Both the position numbers and the translations under genes were made by a program. Below the pieces are notes generated by a model that saw only the letters and a program-made list of their open reading frames with translations, ran no database searches and had not been told where the DNA came from. Shown here in pieces: positions 11,997-24,036 of a DNA stretch of 64,000 bases (position 1 is its first letter; every line of letters starts with the position of its first letter). The stretch spans positions 1,054,001 through 1,118,000 of the forward strand of contig BROI01000008.1 in assembly GCA_027923505.1 (NCBI GenBank), read 5' to 3'. The stretch is from Mayamaea pseudoterrestris. Taxonomy: Eukaryota.

Positions 11997-14900
11997 CTAC
12001 GATAGCAGGGCTTGGTCAGCTATCGACCGCCAAGGACCCGAAAAGTCGCATTTTGCACGGATTGCTCGGACAACCCCAAGGTATGCTTCCTTAGTGTTGG
12101 TGTCGGTCGAGCACATCATGCGCAAGTTAAAAATAGCTGCAATGAGCGTCTCAGCCCTTTTACGTGATACATCTGCACCAGCAATGATTGCACGCAAGCG
12201 GTTCAGAACAACTTGCGTCAGGCCATGATCCAGGCGCGACCGCCCTTGCGCCAGATTTAAAATGCCAATTGAGCGGTCGCAAAAGTCAACACCAATCGCA
12301 TCGCTAGCCTCAAAGCACATCATTGGCAGCGTGCATATAGAATGGAGCACATCAAGGTCATCGGCGCCGATGGGGACAACTGCATCGAGGAGGTGGCAAG
12401 CTGACGAAAGGCTAATGCCTTGAACAGTTGAGCGAACAATGTTTCCGTGCGCGCCCTCACAAGCACTTCGTAATAAGCGAAATATCTCACAGCCTCGTAG
12501 TACTACTTCGTTCGTCTCCTGTAACTTAGTTTGATAATTGACGAGGCAGAATGGAACTAACGGCGGCGCCAAGCCAAGTGACGCGTCTGCCATGTCTTCA
12601 GCAGGCAATACCTTTGCAGCGCGCTGAACAGCGACATAAAGAAAATCCACGAAGGCCTTTCGAGACTGAACGCTCGGAAAAATTTGTATCCATGGCCGAG
12701 AAACAAGCATAGATTGAGCCCAGTACAAGAGTCCAAGTCGTTTAAAAACGTGAGCCTCGCACCGTTCACCACCAACACAAATAATCTTTCGCAACGCATG
12801 AAGCGCCAGAACCGATTCCTGATCACTGGAGGAGTAAATCCTAGAGCTCTCAATACTCGTTATGACTAATTCCAGTGCATAGCAAGAAACAACGGGCTTG
12901 TAGCAGTCTTCGTCCATAAAACCGTCGGCCACTAAACGGAGGGCCCACGACCTTTCAGCTGACGCCTGACCCGGCTCGTTGGCGGTCGAACAAAAAAGGG
13001 ATATGAAAGCAGGTAGTCTGTCAAGGTCTTGAAAAGCTCCATGCTCGTCATCAACGCGGAGAAAGAAGCGATTCATTGCTGCGAAGAGCTTATCGTTCGG
13101 TCTGGCAAGTATCATGCTTGCCTTGGCTAGGAAAATGGCTGATACTCCTGGTAATTTTATAATATCACCTGATTTCCAGTTGTCTTCAACTCGTTTAATC
13201 GCGAGCGACTGGTGGACTGACTTCAAAAGCATCGCTATCTGCGGACGATCTCTCCAGGATGCAAGTGCTCGAGCAGCCTCAGAGTACATTATTGTCAAGA
13301 ACTGACCGAGTATGGCAGCAGCTAACTGACGTACGCTTGAACAAGTGCTGCATAAACTCGCTAGAGCAAGCGCTAGACCACCTTTTTCACAAAGGTTATG
13401 CGCGAATACTGCGTCTCCTCCCGTCTTAATGAGCGACGCGAGGACCAGTGGCAAGACGAAAGCAGGACTATATCTGCGATCATCAAGTTCGCTCCCGCAC
13501 AATGATTGATCTCTGGTAATCGAGTCGTCGCTAAGGTACTTATCATGAGTTGGAAAGCTACGCAGCGTTGCGTACATTCGTTGTATGTCGATTGCATCAG
13601 GCAACCAATCCCAGCCTCGAGCCAACCCATCGTCAGCTGGTGCCTCGTTCCATCGAAGCTGATCCATGGAAACGGCTTCATCCTGCGGTGATCGCGTGAG
13701 TTATGGTATAAAAGTGTAATTTACTAGTGTACAGATGTGCTTACCATATCTGCCAGTCCATTGTATCTGTAAATTATGTTTCGCAAACATCGATCAGGCA
13801 CTGTAACGCCTGCACCGAAAGCTTGAAGAAAAATCCCCATCACCTCATAATCAAAGTCGACAGAATCGAGCGAAGATGTACAGACGCTTAGAATCTTGAG
13901 CATAGACGATTGAAGTGGCACACTTCCCGTATCTGTAAGAAGTTTACGGAAAATCGAGTGCCTTGACACCGACAAGAAGATGCGGCGCAGCTCAGGCCGG
14001 CAAACATTCAAAACATTTGGTATTTTTTGTGACAATCTTTGGTCGCGAAGGAACATCAATTCCTGTGCAACCTCCGACGCGTCGTGTAGAAGAGACATCG
14101 CTCCTACGCTAAAGGAAAGGCTAACTGTGACTTCAACGACACTAACCAGGCCAGAACACGCCGACTCTGCTAGCAGCCACTCCTCGAATCGACTAATCCG
14201 CACCATTTTCACAAACTCACTGATAGCAGAATGAATTTCTGACACTAAATCGGCATTAATGGTTTGCTTGACGAGGTGGGTGCCCAAAAACGTGACAAAT
14301 TGTTGGAACAAACTTCTCGACAAGTCGCTGGCTTTCACCGACTGCCAGCGATGCACGAGATTATGGACTTGAAATCCAAACAGAAGAACACTATTTAGCC
14401 GAGTCTGGTCCCGCCCAAGCATTTCCTCGGGTGACTGCATGCCTTCACTGAACCGGTAGATGAGCGCTCCTGCTATTGCGTCGTAATGCTCGGGACATAA
14501 CTCGCAATCTTTCGTCGTAGCAGCTAAGAGTATCGAGGTGAGTTCATTGAATTCACCTTCATCGATTCGGTGCGTCGAATTTATTAGCGATACTACTCGG
14601 CGCGCCATTGTCGTTCTAATTGTGTCCAAAGCAACACTGTGAGTACGTGCAAATGAGTGCTTGACAATCTCGCATAGGGGTCCATCGAGCAATCGAGAAT
14701 ATAAATCAAGGCAAATATCAGAATCAGAAGCAATAAGCTTTAACAGTGTCGCTCCATACAAAACAGCATCAGATTTGATAAGCGCCAAGATAAAGATGGC
14801 TTCATGTTTATCGTAACGTCGCACATTAGCAACACACCGTTTAAGAATCAACCGAGAATCCAACTTTGCTAGTCGACTGAGTAACGCGCATGAAACCGAC

Positions 14901-17900
14901 GAGGGCGTCGACGATAAAAGAGACATAAAAAACACATTTTCGATGCGATGCAAAACGTTCTTGTCGTTGCATGTGAGCCAGACGTTGACAGCAGCGTTTG
15001 CAAATAATTCTTGAGGAGCGTCGACCAATGCAGATTTCGCCGAAATGAGTTCCAACAACTCTATTACCAAGTGGAGCCACACCGCGTTGACAATTGGTGT
15101 TTTGGAAGTAGCTGAAAACTCTGTTAAACATTTAGCCGCCATACCCACAAGAGACGAGGGCGTCGCGTACCTGGCAACAGCATGCATGAATAGCGGGGTC
15201 ATCGTTATGTTTGCGGTATCAACTTCCGAGAAGAAACGAGACGCATGCCACGCTGGTACTGCACCGCCGTTGTCCATATTATAAATTCCGCCCGTTTGGA
15301 AAACTAAGTCTGCAGTGAGAGCATCAGGGTAGGCTGCCATAGCTAGCTTCAAAAATCCAACGCCGCCAACCTGGAACATGGTTAGGGCACGAAGTTGAGA
15401 ATGAGTTACGCCAATGAACCCATGGCGATGTGACATTTACAAGTTACCTTCAAATAAGCCGGATACAACAAGCGAAATGCAGCGCGAGGACTAGTTAATT
15501 CGTTCGGCATTTCGATGTTAGCAAGCACCTGGTGCCCCGATTGTCTCAGCATCACTTCAATATCAGAATTTATCGTACGGGACGTGAGAATGAACCCCCC
15601 GACTTCAACGTCACGGCCGGTAGATATTGACGCGGGCGACCACAAGTTGGCCATTAATCGAACAAAACACATATTCCGATGACTGGCGCTGGTGGTACTA
15701 AAGGAACTAAGGCATCTGGCATAGTCCTGGAGGCTGCCCCGCGACTTCAAGTTTGAATGTGAGCCTGCCATGACGAAAGCAGCCAGAGGTAGAGGCTTCA
15801 AGTGATGTAGAAGGCAGCGACTCGCGACTTGGCAACACAGCAATGAAAAGCTCTCGCTCACGTCTGGCAAGCTGAAGGAATTAAGAAGCAGCGACGACAC
15901 ATTGGGTTCCGCCGCTGAGCTACCGGTAACACTTTTCCAAGCTTTCGCGAATTGAATATTACCGAGTTGACTTTCCTGCAATGTGTATAGCAAAGAACAA
16001 AAATCGTCCAAACATCTAAGGCTCAACCCGTCGACCCAGCACGAGAGCTCGTATTTAATATCGGATTGACAGTCCGGACTCATCACCGTAGCAGGAGCGC
16101 CGATGCGGAGTAAGAGTTGCAAAGATAGTATTCTTGCCTTGCCAAAGACAGCCGAAGAGCGTGTTGCTATCATTGTTGTTAAAATGATTCGCAAAGTGGC
16201 GATTGACACGGAGGTAGAGATATTCTGCATTGATCGAATGAGTGAGTGATAAGAGAACTCTCTTACTATACAATTTTTCGTCGTTCGAAACGCACCCGTT
16301 CTCCATATAAATCAAGCAGCGTCGAAATAACTTTTAATTGCGCGAGTATAGCTTGCGTCGACAAGTCTCCAAGCTTGTCAGTCGACAAAACTTTCGCCCA
16401 GTCAAGAGTCAGAGATCGCAAATTTTGTGGATAGAGGGACGCGAAGAGCCGAATCACACTGCAAGCATGACTCACAACGACGGTGCTCGGCTCCCCATCT
16501 GCAATTGTGAAACGTTGTAATAGCGATAGGAGCGTGTGGAACTCAGGGAGGTGCGATGCAACTGCCTTTAATGCTGCGCTTTGGTCAACGATGTTCTTCG
16601 ATCCGACAAACGCTCTTAGCCTCTCAAGTACAACGACAAGAAACTTTAATGTTTCTGCAACAACGAGTGCATTCGATTGAAGGAGAGCTTTGGTGATTTG
16701 CGGTTTTCGCAACCCGGTCGGCAGCAATGAATCGACGACAAGTTCGGTGTTCCCTTGCGGTCCCTTGTCGACGCACTCAGCCGTCGATGGTCCATCTCGA
16801 ATCATGCGCGACACGAAGTTAATGCTTTTGATGTAGTCGAACACTCGCTTCGAGTCCGGAATCGAGAGCGCATGAAATAGTCCGACCAAGAGTTCTGGCG
16901 TTTTAGCGACAGCGTCAACAATAAACTTTTGTACCTCGAGTCCTTTTTGAGCCTGCATGAGCATCACCATGGCGCGAACTGATAATTGGACGTTGGCAGA
17001 CGATTTGTCTGATTGCAAATTATGCAGCAACGGCGACCTTTGCGTATCGGCGAGTAGGAGAAGCATGACCCGACGAGCTTCAACCCCAACGCGTTGAAGG
17101 TCGCTGAGAGAAGTGTAAACATCCGAATTTGATACAGTAGATTGAAAATTCAGCATTACAGGGGCATGGGCCGTCAGGCGACATATATTCTGAACAGCGT
17201 CGCGTGATAGCAGCTCTCCAAGCAGTCGCTTCGCAATGCGTCCACCAGACAGTAAGCGCTGTAAAACTCCAAGGAACTCAGCCACAGATTTGTATAAAAC
17301 CATATCCGATTTATTGTCGTCTGCATTCTTCGCGTCCAGCGTCAGTTCCTTCAGTGCCAAAAAGACCATTCCGGCCGGAATCTTTCGCTCGCGTGCGCCT
17401 GACAAAGCAACGCATGAAAAGATTGCAGGATCTTCCCACTCCAAACAGACACGGGCGAGATTTATTGCGCTGGCGAGTACTGACGGCTGCGACAAGGCCG
17501 CTTTTGTATCGTTCTTCTCGTTGGCTTTCTTGCCGCAAGTGGGCCTGAAAAGAATTCGAACGATACGCTCCGGAATTGTCGATTGCATTGACCGACAAAT
17601 CTGTCGACAAGTTTCAACTGTTATCATTGATAGTCTCGCCAATACATGCAGAATCAGAGGCGTCAGTGATTCTCGGCCACTAACACCATTTTTGCCGTCC
17701 GACTCGTCTCGCAACGAAGCTAGCAAACCTGGCAGTCGCTTTTTGATGAGTTCAGCGACTATGCGATCACGTGACGCAGCCTTTGATGGGTCGCCCTCCA
17801 CAGAATCGACAACCATTATTTGCGACTCACTATGTGATTCCCGAATGAGACTTTGCATTGGAATGGCAGCCGTCACTACTTCACCAAGAGCTTGAAGGTA

Positions 17901-18398
17901 TACCTTGTAAATGGCGCGAGAAAGCCGTCCCTTTTTATTCTTGGCCAAGGCTTTCTGAAGACGTCCGACTCCAGGAACCAATTCATCGCCCGTCAGTTCC
18001 ACTGCCAGCGGACTTTTTGCTAAATACGCCTTTAGTAGTCCCGTCGGCCACTCGCCCACGACGACGGTTCCAACGTCTCTGGCCGTCACGGACGTTCCGA
18101 CGAATGGAACATTGTAGTTTGCCGAATCATCCTTCCAAGTTTCATCATCTCCCTTCTTTAGTCGTTTCTGCGCAGCTACTTCCTCGTCTACATCATCATC
18201 TTCGCTGTTATTTGATGCTTCATCTTGGCTGCTGTCTAGATCTGTATCAGCCCTTAATGCTTGCATCCGCTCGCGACGAACGATGCGAACGAAACGTTTG
18301 AGGCAGCGATAAATGGCGTTTGGATCCTCTCCGTTTAGAGTTGCGGCAAACTCGGTAGCGCCCAATGGCTCAATCAGTGACTCTCTTGATCGCTTCAT
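11997..18398 (-). CDS. URB1: Nucleolar pre-ribosomal-associated protein 1 (URB1/Npa1)-like, 4 exons (introns approx. 16295-16225, 15448-15372, 13744-13683)
   Basis: Four consecutive long minus-strand ORFs are joined by short GT-AG introns into ~2000 aa. C-terminal motifs YSPAFVLPL, LALALASLCS..VRQLAAAIL, FLAKASMILARPNDKLFAAMNRFFLR and LPAFISLF..ERSWALRLVADG resemble the URB1 C-terminal (NopRA1) domain. ATG of MKRSRE is at 18398. Confidence 0.75.
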
Positions 18399-18643
18399 TG
18401 TAATGTTACAAGATAAATGAGCTACCAATAGACGTGCAGCGCAGGATGTAGTGAGTCGTCGAGCAACTTCAAAACAGATGAAGGATTTTGGCTGACGCTG
18501 CGACACAATCATCTTACCGCCTTACTAAACCATGGGCACCATGAAACGATGAAGGAACGAAACAGTTCAGACTCGAGCCTGCAGCTTCATCAGTTGTCTC
18601 TCTCCAATTTCTCTCTCTACTCTCTTCTTCAAAAACTTTAATA

Positions 18644-19066
18644 ATGAAATACTCTTTAACAGTCTCAAGTAGCCGTCGCAAGTCCCGCAAGGCTCACTTT
18701 GGCGCTCACTCGGAGGCCCGCCGCAAGCTCATGAGCGCCAACCTCAGCAAGGAGCTTCGAGCCCGCCACAACGTACGAAGCATGGCCATTCGCAAGGATG
18801 ACGAAGTCATGGTCGTGCGTGGCTTGTACAAGGCCAGAGAAGGCAAGGTCGTGCAAGTGTGTCGCAAAAAGTTTGTCGTTCATATTGATCGATTGAACCG
18901 AGACAAGGTGAATGGCAATTCGGTTGCCGTTGGCATTCAAACTTCCAATTTGGTCATTACCAAACTCAAGCTTGACAAGGACAGAAAAGCAAAACTGGAA
19001 GCCAAGGCTAAAGGAAAGGAGAGTAAGAAGGAGAAGGAGGATGTCGCCATGAGTAATGTGGATTAA
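18644..19066 (+). CDS. RPL26: 60S ribosomal protein L26 (uL24)
   Basis: MKY...[42 protein letters not shown] and [13 protein letters not shown] match eukaryotic L26. Confidence 0.98.
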   Translation: MKYSLTVSSSRRKSRKAHFGAHSEARRKLMSANLSKELRARHNVRSMAIRKDDEVMVVRGLYKAREGKVVQVCRKKFVVHIDRLNRDKVNGNSVAVGIQTSNLVITKLKLDKDRKAKLEAKAKGKESKKEKEDVAMSNVD

Positions 19067-19287
19067 TTGCGTTGCAGGTAAATTACGTTTACGAACATAC
19101 TCTAGACGAAACAAAAACATATTTCTATTGTTATTACTTGTAGAAATTACTGCAAGCTTGTTTTTTGTATTGCTCTTGGTACTTGTCAGGATGGAGAAAA
19201 TGTCGTGAAGCGTCAAGCTACCTACATGAGCGAAGTAGACTCTCTCATTAATCATGCATCATTCCCATCTAGTGTATACTAATTATT

Positions 19288-20532
19288 CTACTTTCCGAAA
19301 CCCTTGGCAGGTTTCTTCCTTCTCTTGACAGCCTTGGCCGCCTGTCGTCGCTGCTCTCGGTTCATGGGCTGATCATCATGTTCGCCAACCAATTTTGGTG
19401 CCCCATCGTCGTCAAACTCGCCCTCCTCCTCGTCGTCGTAGTCACCGTCAAACTCAAAATCGTCGTCGTCATCATCATCATCAATGTCTAGTTCATACAA
19501 GTCTTCATTGTTTCCATCATATTCTATGTCCAAATCGTCTCGAAAGTCTTGGTCACGCACAGCAGTTGCCGGCACGGACAGCATGTTCGTCTGTACTCGC
19601 TGCTGCTCCTTTCTTTGCTCCTTTTGCAACTGCTTGAGCTTTACGCCGCGAGATGTTGACGACAATGAGTCGATTTGCAAATAGTCGGGCAGCAGGTCGG
19701 GGTCGAGCCGACGAAGCATGGACACTTGGTCGGGATCCAACACCATTAGTTCCTCCTCCTCGGCTTGCGCCAGTCCAGCCTGAATGGCAACCTCCTCATC
19801 GGTGAGTGGCTCTCGCTTGGTTTTACTCACATAGACTTCGTTTGGTTTGAGTTGTTTGACGCCCTGCTTGACCACCAGCTGGCGTCCATGCAGCTCCATG
19901 TTGTGGCATTTCAGTATACACACTGTCGCAAAGTGTGGTTCCGTAAAGTCACAAAAGGCGTAGCCTTTGCTTTTGGAGGTTTTCCAGTCGCGCACAATGT
20001 GCAGTCGATGCAGCCACAAGTAGTCGGGCAGGTGCGCACCCAGTGACTGCTGCAGCAAGTCCTGCAAGTCGGTTTCGGTGGTCTCGTAGGCCAAATTGCC
20101 AATGAATAGTTTGCAGGGATTGACGAAGCGCTTGGTGCCAATGCGACCGGCTGATTGGAGCCGCTCCTGGTGGAGACTCATCATAGTGGAATCTGATTGA
20201 AAGGGTTTCTTTGGTTTGTAAATGCGTGGAGATAACGCAGATGCTGTTTCCGTTGATTGGGCTCGTCCTGACGACTGTTGCGTATAGGCGGGCTGCGCAA
20301 AGAGTGACTTTTTTGGAGCAGGTGAATTCTTTGCATAGCCACTATCAGTATACGAGTTCTTGCTGTTCATGTGCAAGCAAACGTTTTGTTCACAATGCCT
20401 TGATTTTGATTGTAGACGCGATTGTCGAGAGACACTAACGTCTCGATTGTGGAACGTCCATGCTGCAGCGTCGGGTATTTGTAACGAGACTAGCAGTACC
20501 ACCAATGTAAGATATGCATGACAGAGTTGCAT
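19288..20532 (-). CDS. RRM-domain RNA-binding protein with signal peptide and probable plastid transit peptide; acidic C-terminal tract
   Basis: RNP2 KLFIGNL and RNP1 KGYAFCDF are present. A hydrophobic N-terminus ends in AAA-W (variant of the diatom ASA-F motif) and is followed by an S/R-rich stretch. Ends in KPAKGFGK. Confidence 0.88.
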   Translation of the reverse strand: MQLCHAYLTLVVLLVSLQIPDAAAWTFHNRDVSVSRQSRLQSKSRHCEQNVCLHMNSKNSYTDSGYAKNSPAPKKSLFAQPAYTQQSSGRAQSTETASALSPRIYKPKKPFQSDSTMMSLHQERLQSAGRIGTKRFVNPCKLFIGNLAYETTETDLQDLLQQSLGAHLPDYLWLHRLHIVRDWKTSKSKGYAFCDFTEPHFATVCILKCHNMELHGRQLVVKQGVKQLKPNEVYVSKTKREPLTDEEVAIQAGLAQAEEEELMVLDPDQVSMLRRLDPDLLPDYLQIDSLSSTSRGVKLKQLQKEQRKEQQRVQTNMLSVPATAVRDQDFRDDLDIEYDGNNEDLYELDIDDDDDDDDFEFDGDYDDEEEGEFDDDGAPKLVGEHDDQPMNREQRRQAAKAVKRRKKPAKGFGK

Positions 20533-21474
20533 TGTGTGAACGAGTTGCGGTTATAACAGGAGCTGCGGGATCAGCGATAGATGATGTGATAGCGAAATTT
20601 CGTCTCGGAGTTTTTTGTTGGTTGCGAGGCAAGATTCATCGCTTCGGTACCAAGTCGTTCACGATGCGACATTGTTTGAAACTTTCGCATCGAGAAAGCG
20701 TCCGCGTGACCCAAGGAAATATCTTCGGGGCAATAGTTATGGCGTCATTGGGCCCAAGGAGTGAGCACTTTTATGTATCACGGAACACTGACGTACGCAG
20801 ACTTATTCCGATCTTGACATTTTCCTTCTGGTGACTTTTGCGGAAGCGCCTTCCTTGCCATTCACACTTTCCAATAATTCATTTTCTCGACCACCGTGAA
20901 GCCAACGCCATCGGATGATTCCAACGCGCTTCGAGGCAGCACTCTTTGCTTGCATTCGTCACCCACCTTGACTTCGAGTCCAGTGACGGCTTGTGCTGAG
21001 ACAGAGCACCGTCGCCAAGAGGACCGAGATTACCTATTCAACGCGCTCAGCACGGCCCTGGAGATTTCCTATTCTTCGAGCAACACTTTTCTTCAATCGC
21101 TGGACGCGGAGAAAGATGAGAGTAGCCTTCAGTTACCGACCAAGCGAAGCCAGTAGAAGAGAAGGTTTACGCGGCGCTATGCGACTTCTCTCACACTTAA
21201 TCCAAGCACTCAATTCAGCTCGCTATATGCTATCCAACTTTTGCTATTCGCTAACGTACTTCTGCTAATGCTACAATACTGCTCCCTGTACAAGTCAAGC
21301 TATCAAACATACCTTATCAGTCTTTCTCTAACAATAATCGTTCTTTTTTCCATGCTACTGCTCAACGCACCGGAATGCATATACACAGCTCGAGAGTCCA
21401 TTTACCATTACTAATCAACTAATAAGACAGCAGCAGCTAATTTCATTGAGTTTGTACAAATTATGTTCAACTTA

Positions 21475-22503
21475 TTACGCCTTAATAATTGTCCTCAATC
21501 CAACAGTCGCCAATAGACCCGAAAATCCCCAACGCAACGTTGATTCATTCGTCTGCATCGCCAGCTTGCCTCCAATGTACGCTCCTACCAAGGCACCAAT
21601 CGACAGCGCCGGCGCCACTCGCATGGCCACACTCTTGGCTCGCGCATGTGTCATTGTTCCCACGGCGGCTGGAAGCACCATGGCAGCCAAGCTTGTGGCA
21701 AGGGCCTCTTGGTGCGTCATGGTGCTTCCACTGGCCAACGTCAGGGCGGGTACGACAATGACGCCGCCGCCAACGCCAAAGACACCAGCTAGAAAGCCGC
21801 TACATAATCCAATGCAGGATGGAATGAGTATTCTGCTTGGTTGTGATAGAATAGTGTCTTGGAATGATGTTTGCAGTCTTGGCGAGGCTCGTTCGTTGGT
21901 GTGAGGCGAATGCAGCGCATGTGGCGAATGAGAGGTTGCTTCAGCATTGTCCGCAATATATGTTTCTGCTCTACCTTCATTATGATGCATGATATAAGCT
22001 TTCAAGGGAACAATTGGTGCCATGGCAAGCATCAATACTCCAAGCGCTCGTTTCAGTGTTCGTTCCGAGAGTGAGCGCGTAAAATTGGCACCCCACCGAG
22101 CCGAAACCATTCCACAAACAGCAACAGCAGCTGCACTTTCCAAATGAACTGCATCAGGTCCATAGGCAACCGCACCGGCCAGACCTGTAGCCGTCACGGC
22201 AAACAGTGAAGTGGCGTGCGCCTGATGCTGCGAGAGCTTTAATATCGATGTCATGAGAGGAATCATGATGAAGCCGCCTCCCATACCGGCCAAGGAACCA
22301 GCCGTTCCAGCCAAGGATCCAATGCCAAAAGATAATGCATTTGTTGCGAATGGAGATGGCGATGAGGACTGAGAATTTGACTGTGATGCCGACGAAGTTG
22401 TTCCTCGCCGCCTGGCGATTTGTGTCTTGCAGACGCTGCGTCGCTTAGCAATGTGAGCGACGTTATCGTATCTAAACGAGCGAGTGACATGTCCGAGACT
22501 CAT
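21475..22503 (-). CDS. TauE/SafE (sulfite exporter, DUF81) family membrane protein with N-terminal organellar presequence
   Basis: Two homologous halves with GSLAGMGGGFIMIP and GVFGVGGGVIVVP, plus (A)HATSL/LATSL and G(A)xxGAYIG motifs. R/S-rich N-terminus. Confidence 0.9.
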   Translation of the reverse strand: MSLGHVTRSFRYDNVAHIAKRRSVCKTQIARRRGTTSSASQSNSQSSSPSPFATNALSFGIGSLAGTAGSLAGMGGGFIMIPLMTSILKLSQHQAHATSLFAVTATGLAGAVAYGPDAVHLESAAAVAVCGMVSARWGANFTRSLSERTLKRALGVLMLAMAPIVPLKAYIMHHNEGRAETYIADNAEATSHSPHALHSPHTNERASPRLQTSFQDTILSQPSRILIPSCIGLCSGFLAGVFGVGGGVIVVPALTLASGSTMTHQEALATSLAAMVLPAAVGTMTHARAKSVAMRVAPALSIGALVGAYIGGKLAMQTNESTLRWGFSGLLATVGLRTIIKA

Positions 22504-22651
22504 TCTGGACAATTAACCTACGGTAGTCGCGTTATGCAACATAAGATACATGGTGAGTGCCTCGTGTGGACGACGGAGCCGAGGATCAATTCATGTCGCA
22601 TTCACTACCGTTACGACGAGCGGTCGCTAACGCAAAAACCAAGTTAGGGAC

Positions 22652-22966
22652 TCATACCACTAGGATGCCCCATGCCCTGGCCATTCAACGACCCAATCAG
22701 TCAGGCAAAACATGTCCAGGGTGTGCCATTGACATGAGCATGGTCTTAAATGGTGAGAAAAAGACTGCCTGGAAGCCTACACCATGGAATGGTCCGCAGG
22801 ATGGGTGTGGCTGACACCCCAACTTATGGTATCATACCACTAGGATGCCCTATGCCCTAACCACCCAACAACCCAATGAGTCAGGCAAAACCTGTCCAGG
22901 GTGAGCCATTGACATGAGCATGGCCTCAAATGGTGCGAAATGGACTGCCTGGAGGCTGACCATGGT
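22652..22966. repeat. ~180-bp tandem repeat, ~1.7 diverged copies
   Basis: tcataccactaggatgcc occurs at 22652 and 22832, and the downstream sequence (agtcaggcaaaac, gccattgacatgagcatgg, gactgcctgga) is shared. Confidence 0.85.
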
Positions 22967-23368
22967 ACTGTCGCTTGAGGCAGCTGCATAACTCCAGTCC
23001 GCAACTGGTAGCGTCTTTGCATTGTGTAAGTGAATGTCAATGTTCTTGCTCTTGTAGCGGCTTGTCCAACAATAATGTACTGGATGATAAACTGGAACTA
23101 GTTGTTGCGCTGCTGCTGCTGCTGCCATAATTCAACGTGGTACTCGTCGATTTGCTTGAAACGTGCCTGCGCATCTGCCAACAAAGCTCGCGCGCCTCGG
23201 TGCGAAAGACTTGCAAATCCTCCGCTTGGTACCATCTGGTAATTGGATTGTCGTTGTGGTCATCATGGAAGCTGCGGCAGGTATAATGTGCACCAGCTCG
23301 GAAACGTGGACCGATCGAATTTGACGATTTGAGAGAGCATCCAAAATAATGCCTGCTGAGGAAGTCAT
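22960..23368 (-). pseudogene. Possible degraded coding fragment (one in-frame stop) wedged between repeat clusters
   Basis: ORFs 23132-23464 and 22850-23128 are in the same frame, separated by a single TGA. CpG content is normal, unlike the flanking repeats. No recognisable domain. Confidence 0.2.
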
Positions 23369-23489
23369 GCTGCTACGGCTCCTCTCACTTTTGGATATTA
23401 CTAATGATAATGAGCAGGAAAGCTTTTGATCAGTCACGTCTATGTAGCACATTGTGGGTTTCAATATTGTTGCAGATGGAGTTGCCTAT

Positions 23490-24030
23490 AACAAGCCCTA
23501 TATACACCAAAACCACATCAGAATGGTGCCAACATCATTATTCAGTCTGCGCTACAAGATGGCATGCCTGGCTGGTGACTCAGTAGACTGCAATGTGATT
23601 GGTGACAAGATGTCACCAGTCTCAGCCCACAGATGCCTTGACATTCAATTGCCCCTATAACATGCCCTGTGCATGCCCAAATCACACCAGAATGGTGCCG
23701 ACATCATTTTTTAGTCTGCGCTACAAGATGGCATGCCTGACTGGTGTCTCGGTAGACTGCAATGTGACTGGTGATAACTTCTCACCAGTCTCAGCCCTAT
23801 GCTGCCGTTGTGACATCCAATTGCCCATATAACAAGCCATGTCTCATCTGGTATGCATCCAAATTACACCAGAATATTGTCAACATCATTTTATAGGTTG
23901 CGGTACAAGATGTCATGACTGGCTGGTGTTTCATTTGACTGTTATGTGATTGTGACAAGCTGTCACCAGTCTCAGCCTGCAGATGCCGTGACATTCAATT
24001 GCCCATATAACATGCCACATATACACCCAA
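23490..24030 (+). repeat. 169-bp repeat family, left cluster (~3 copies)
   Basis: gaatggtgcc at 23521 and 23690, with a diverged copy at 23872. Each unit contains gctacaagat, gactgcaatgtga, tcaccagtctcagcc and acattcaattgccc or close variants. Confidence 0.9.
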
Positions 24031-24036
24031 TGTTTT

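Noticed and set aside
20896..21156. 86-aa ORF between the RRM and TauE genes
   Set aside because: GTG start and no recognisable domain; cannot be supported without expression data.
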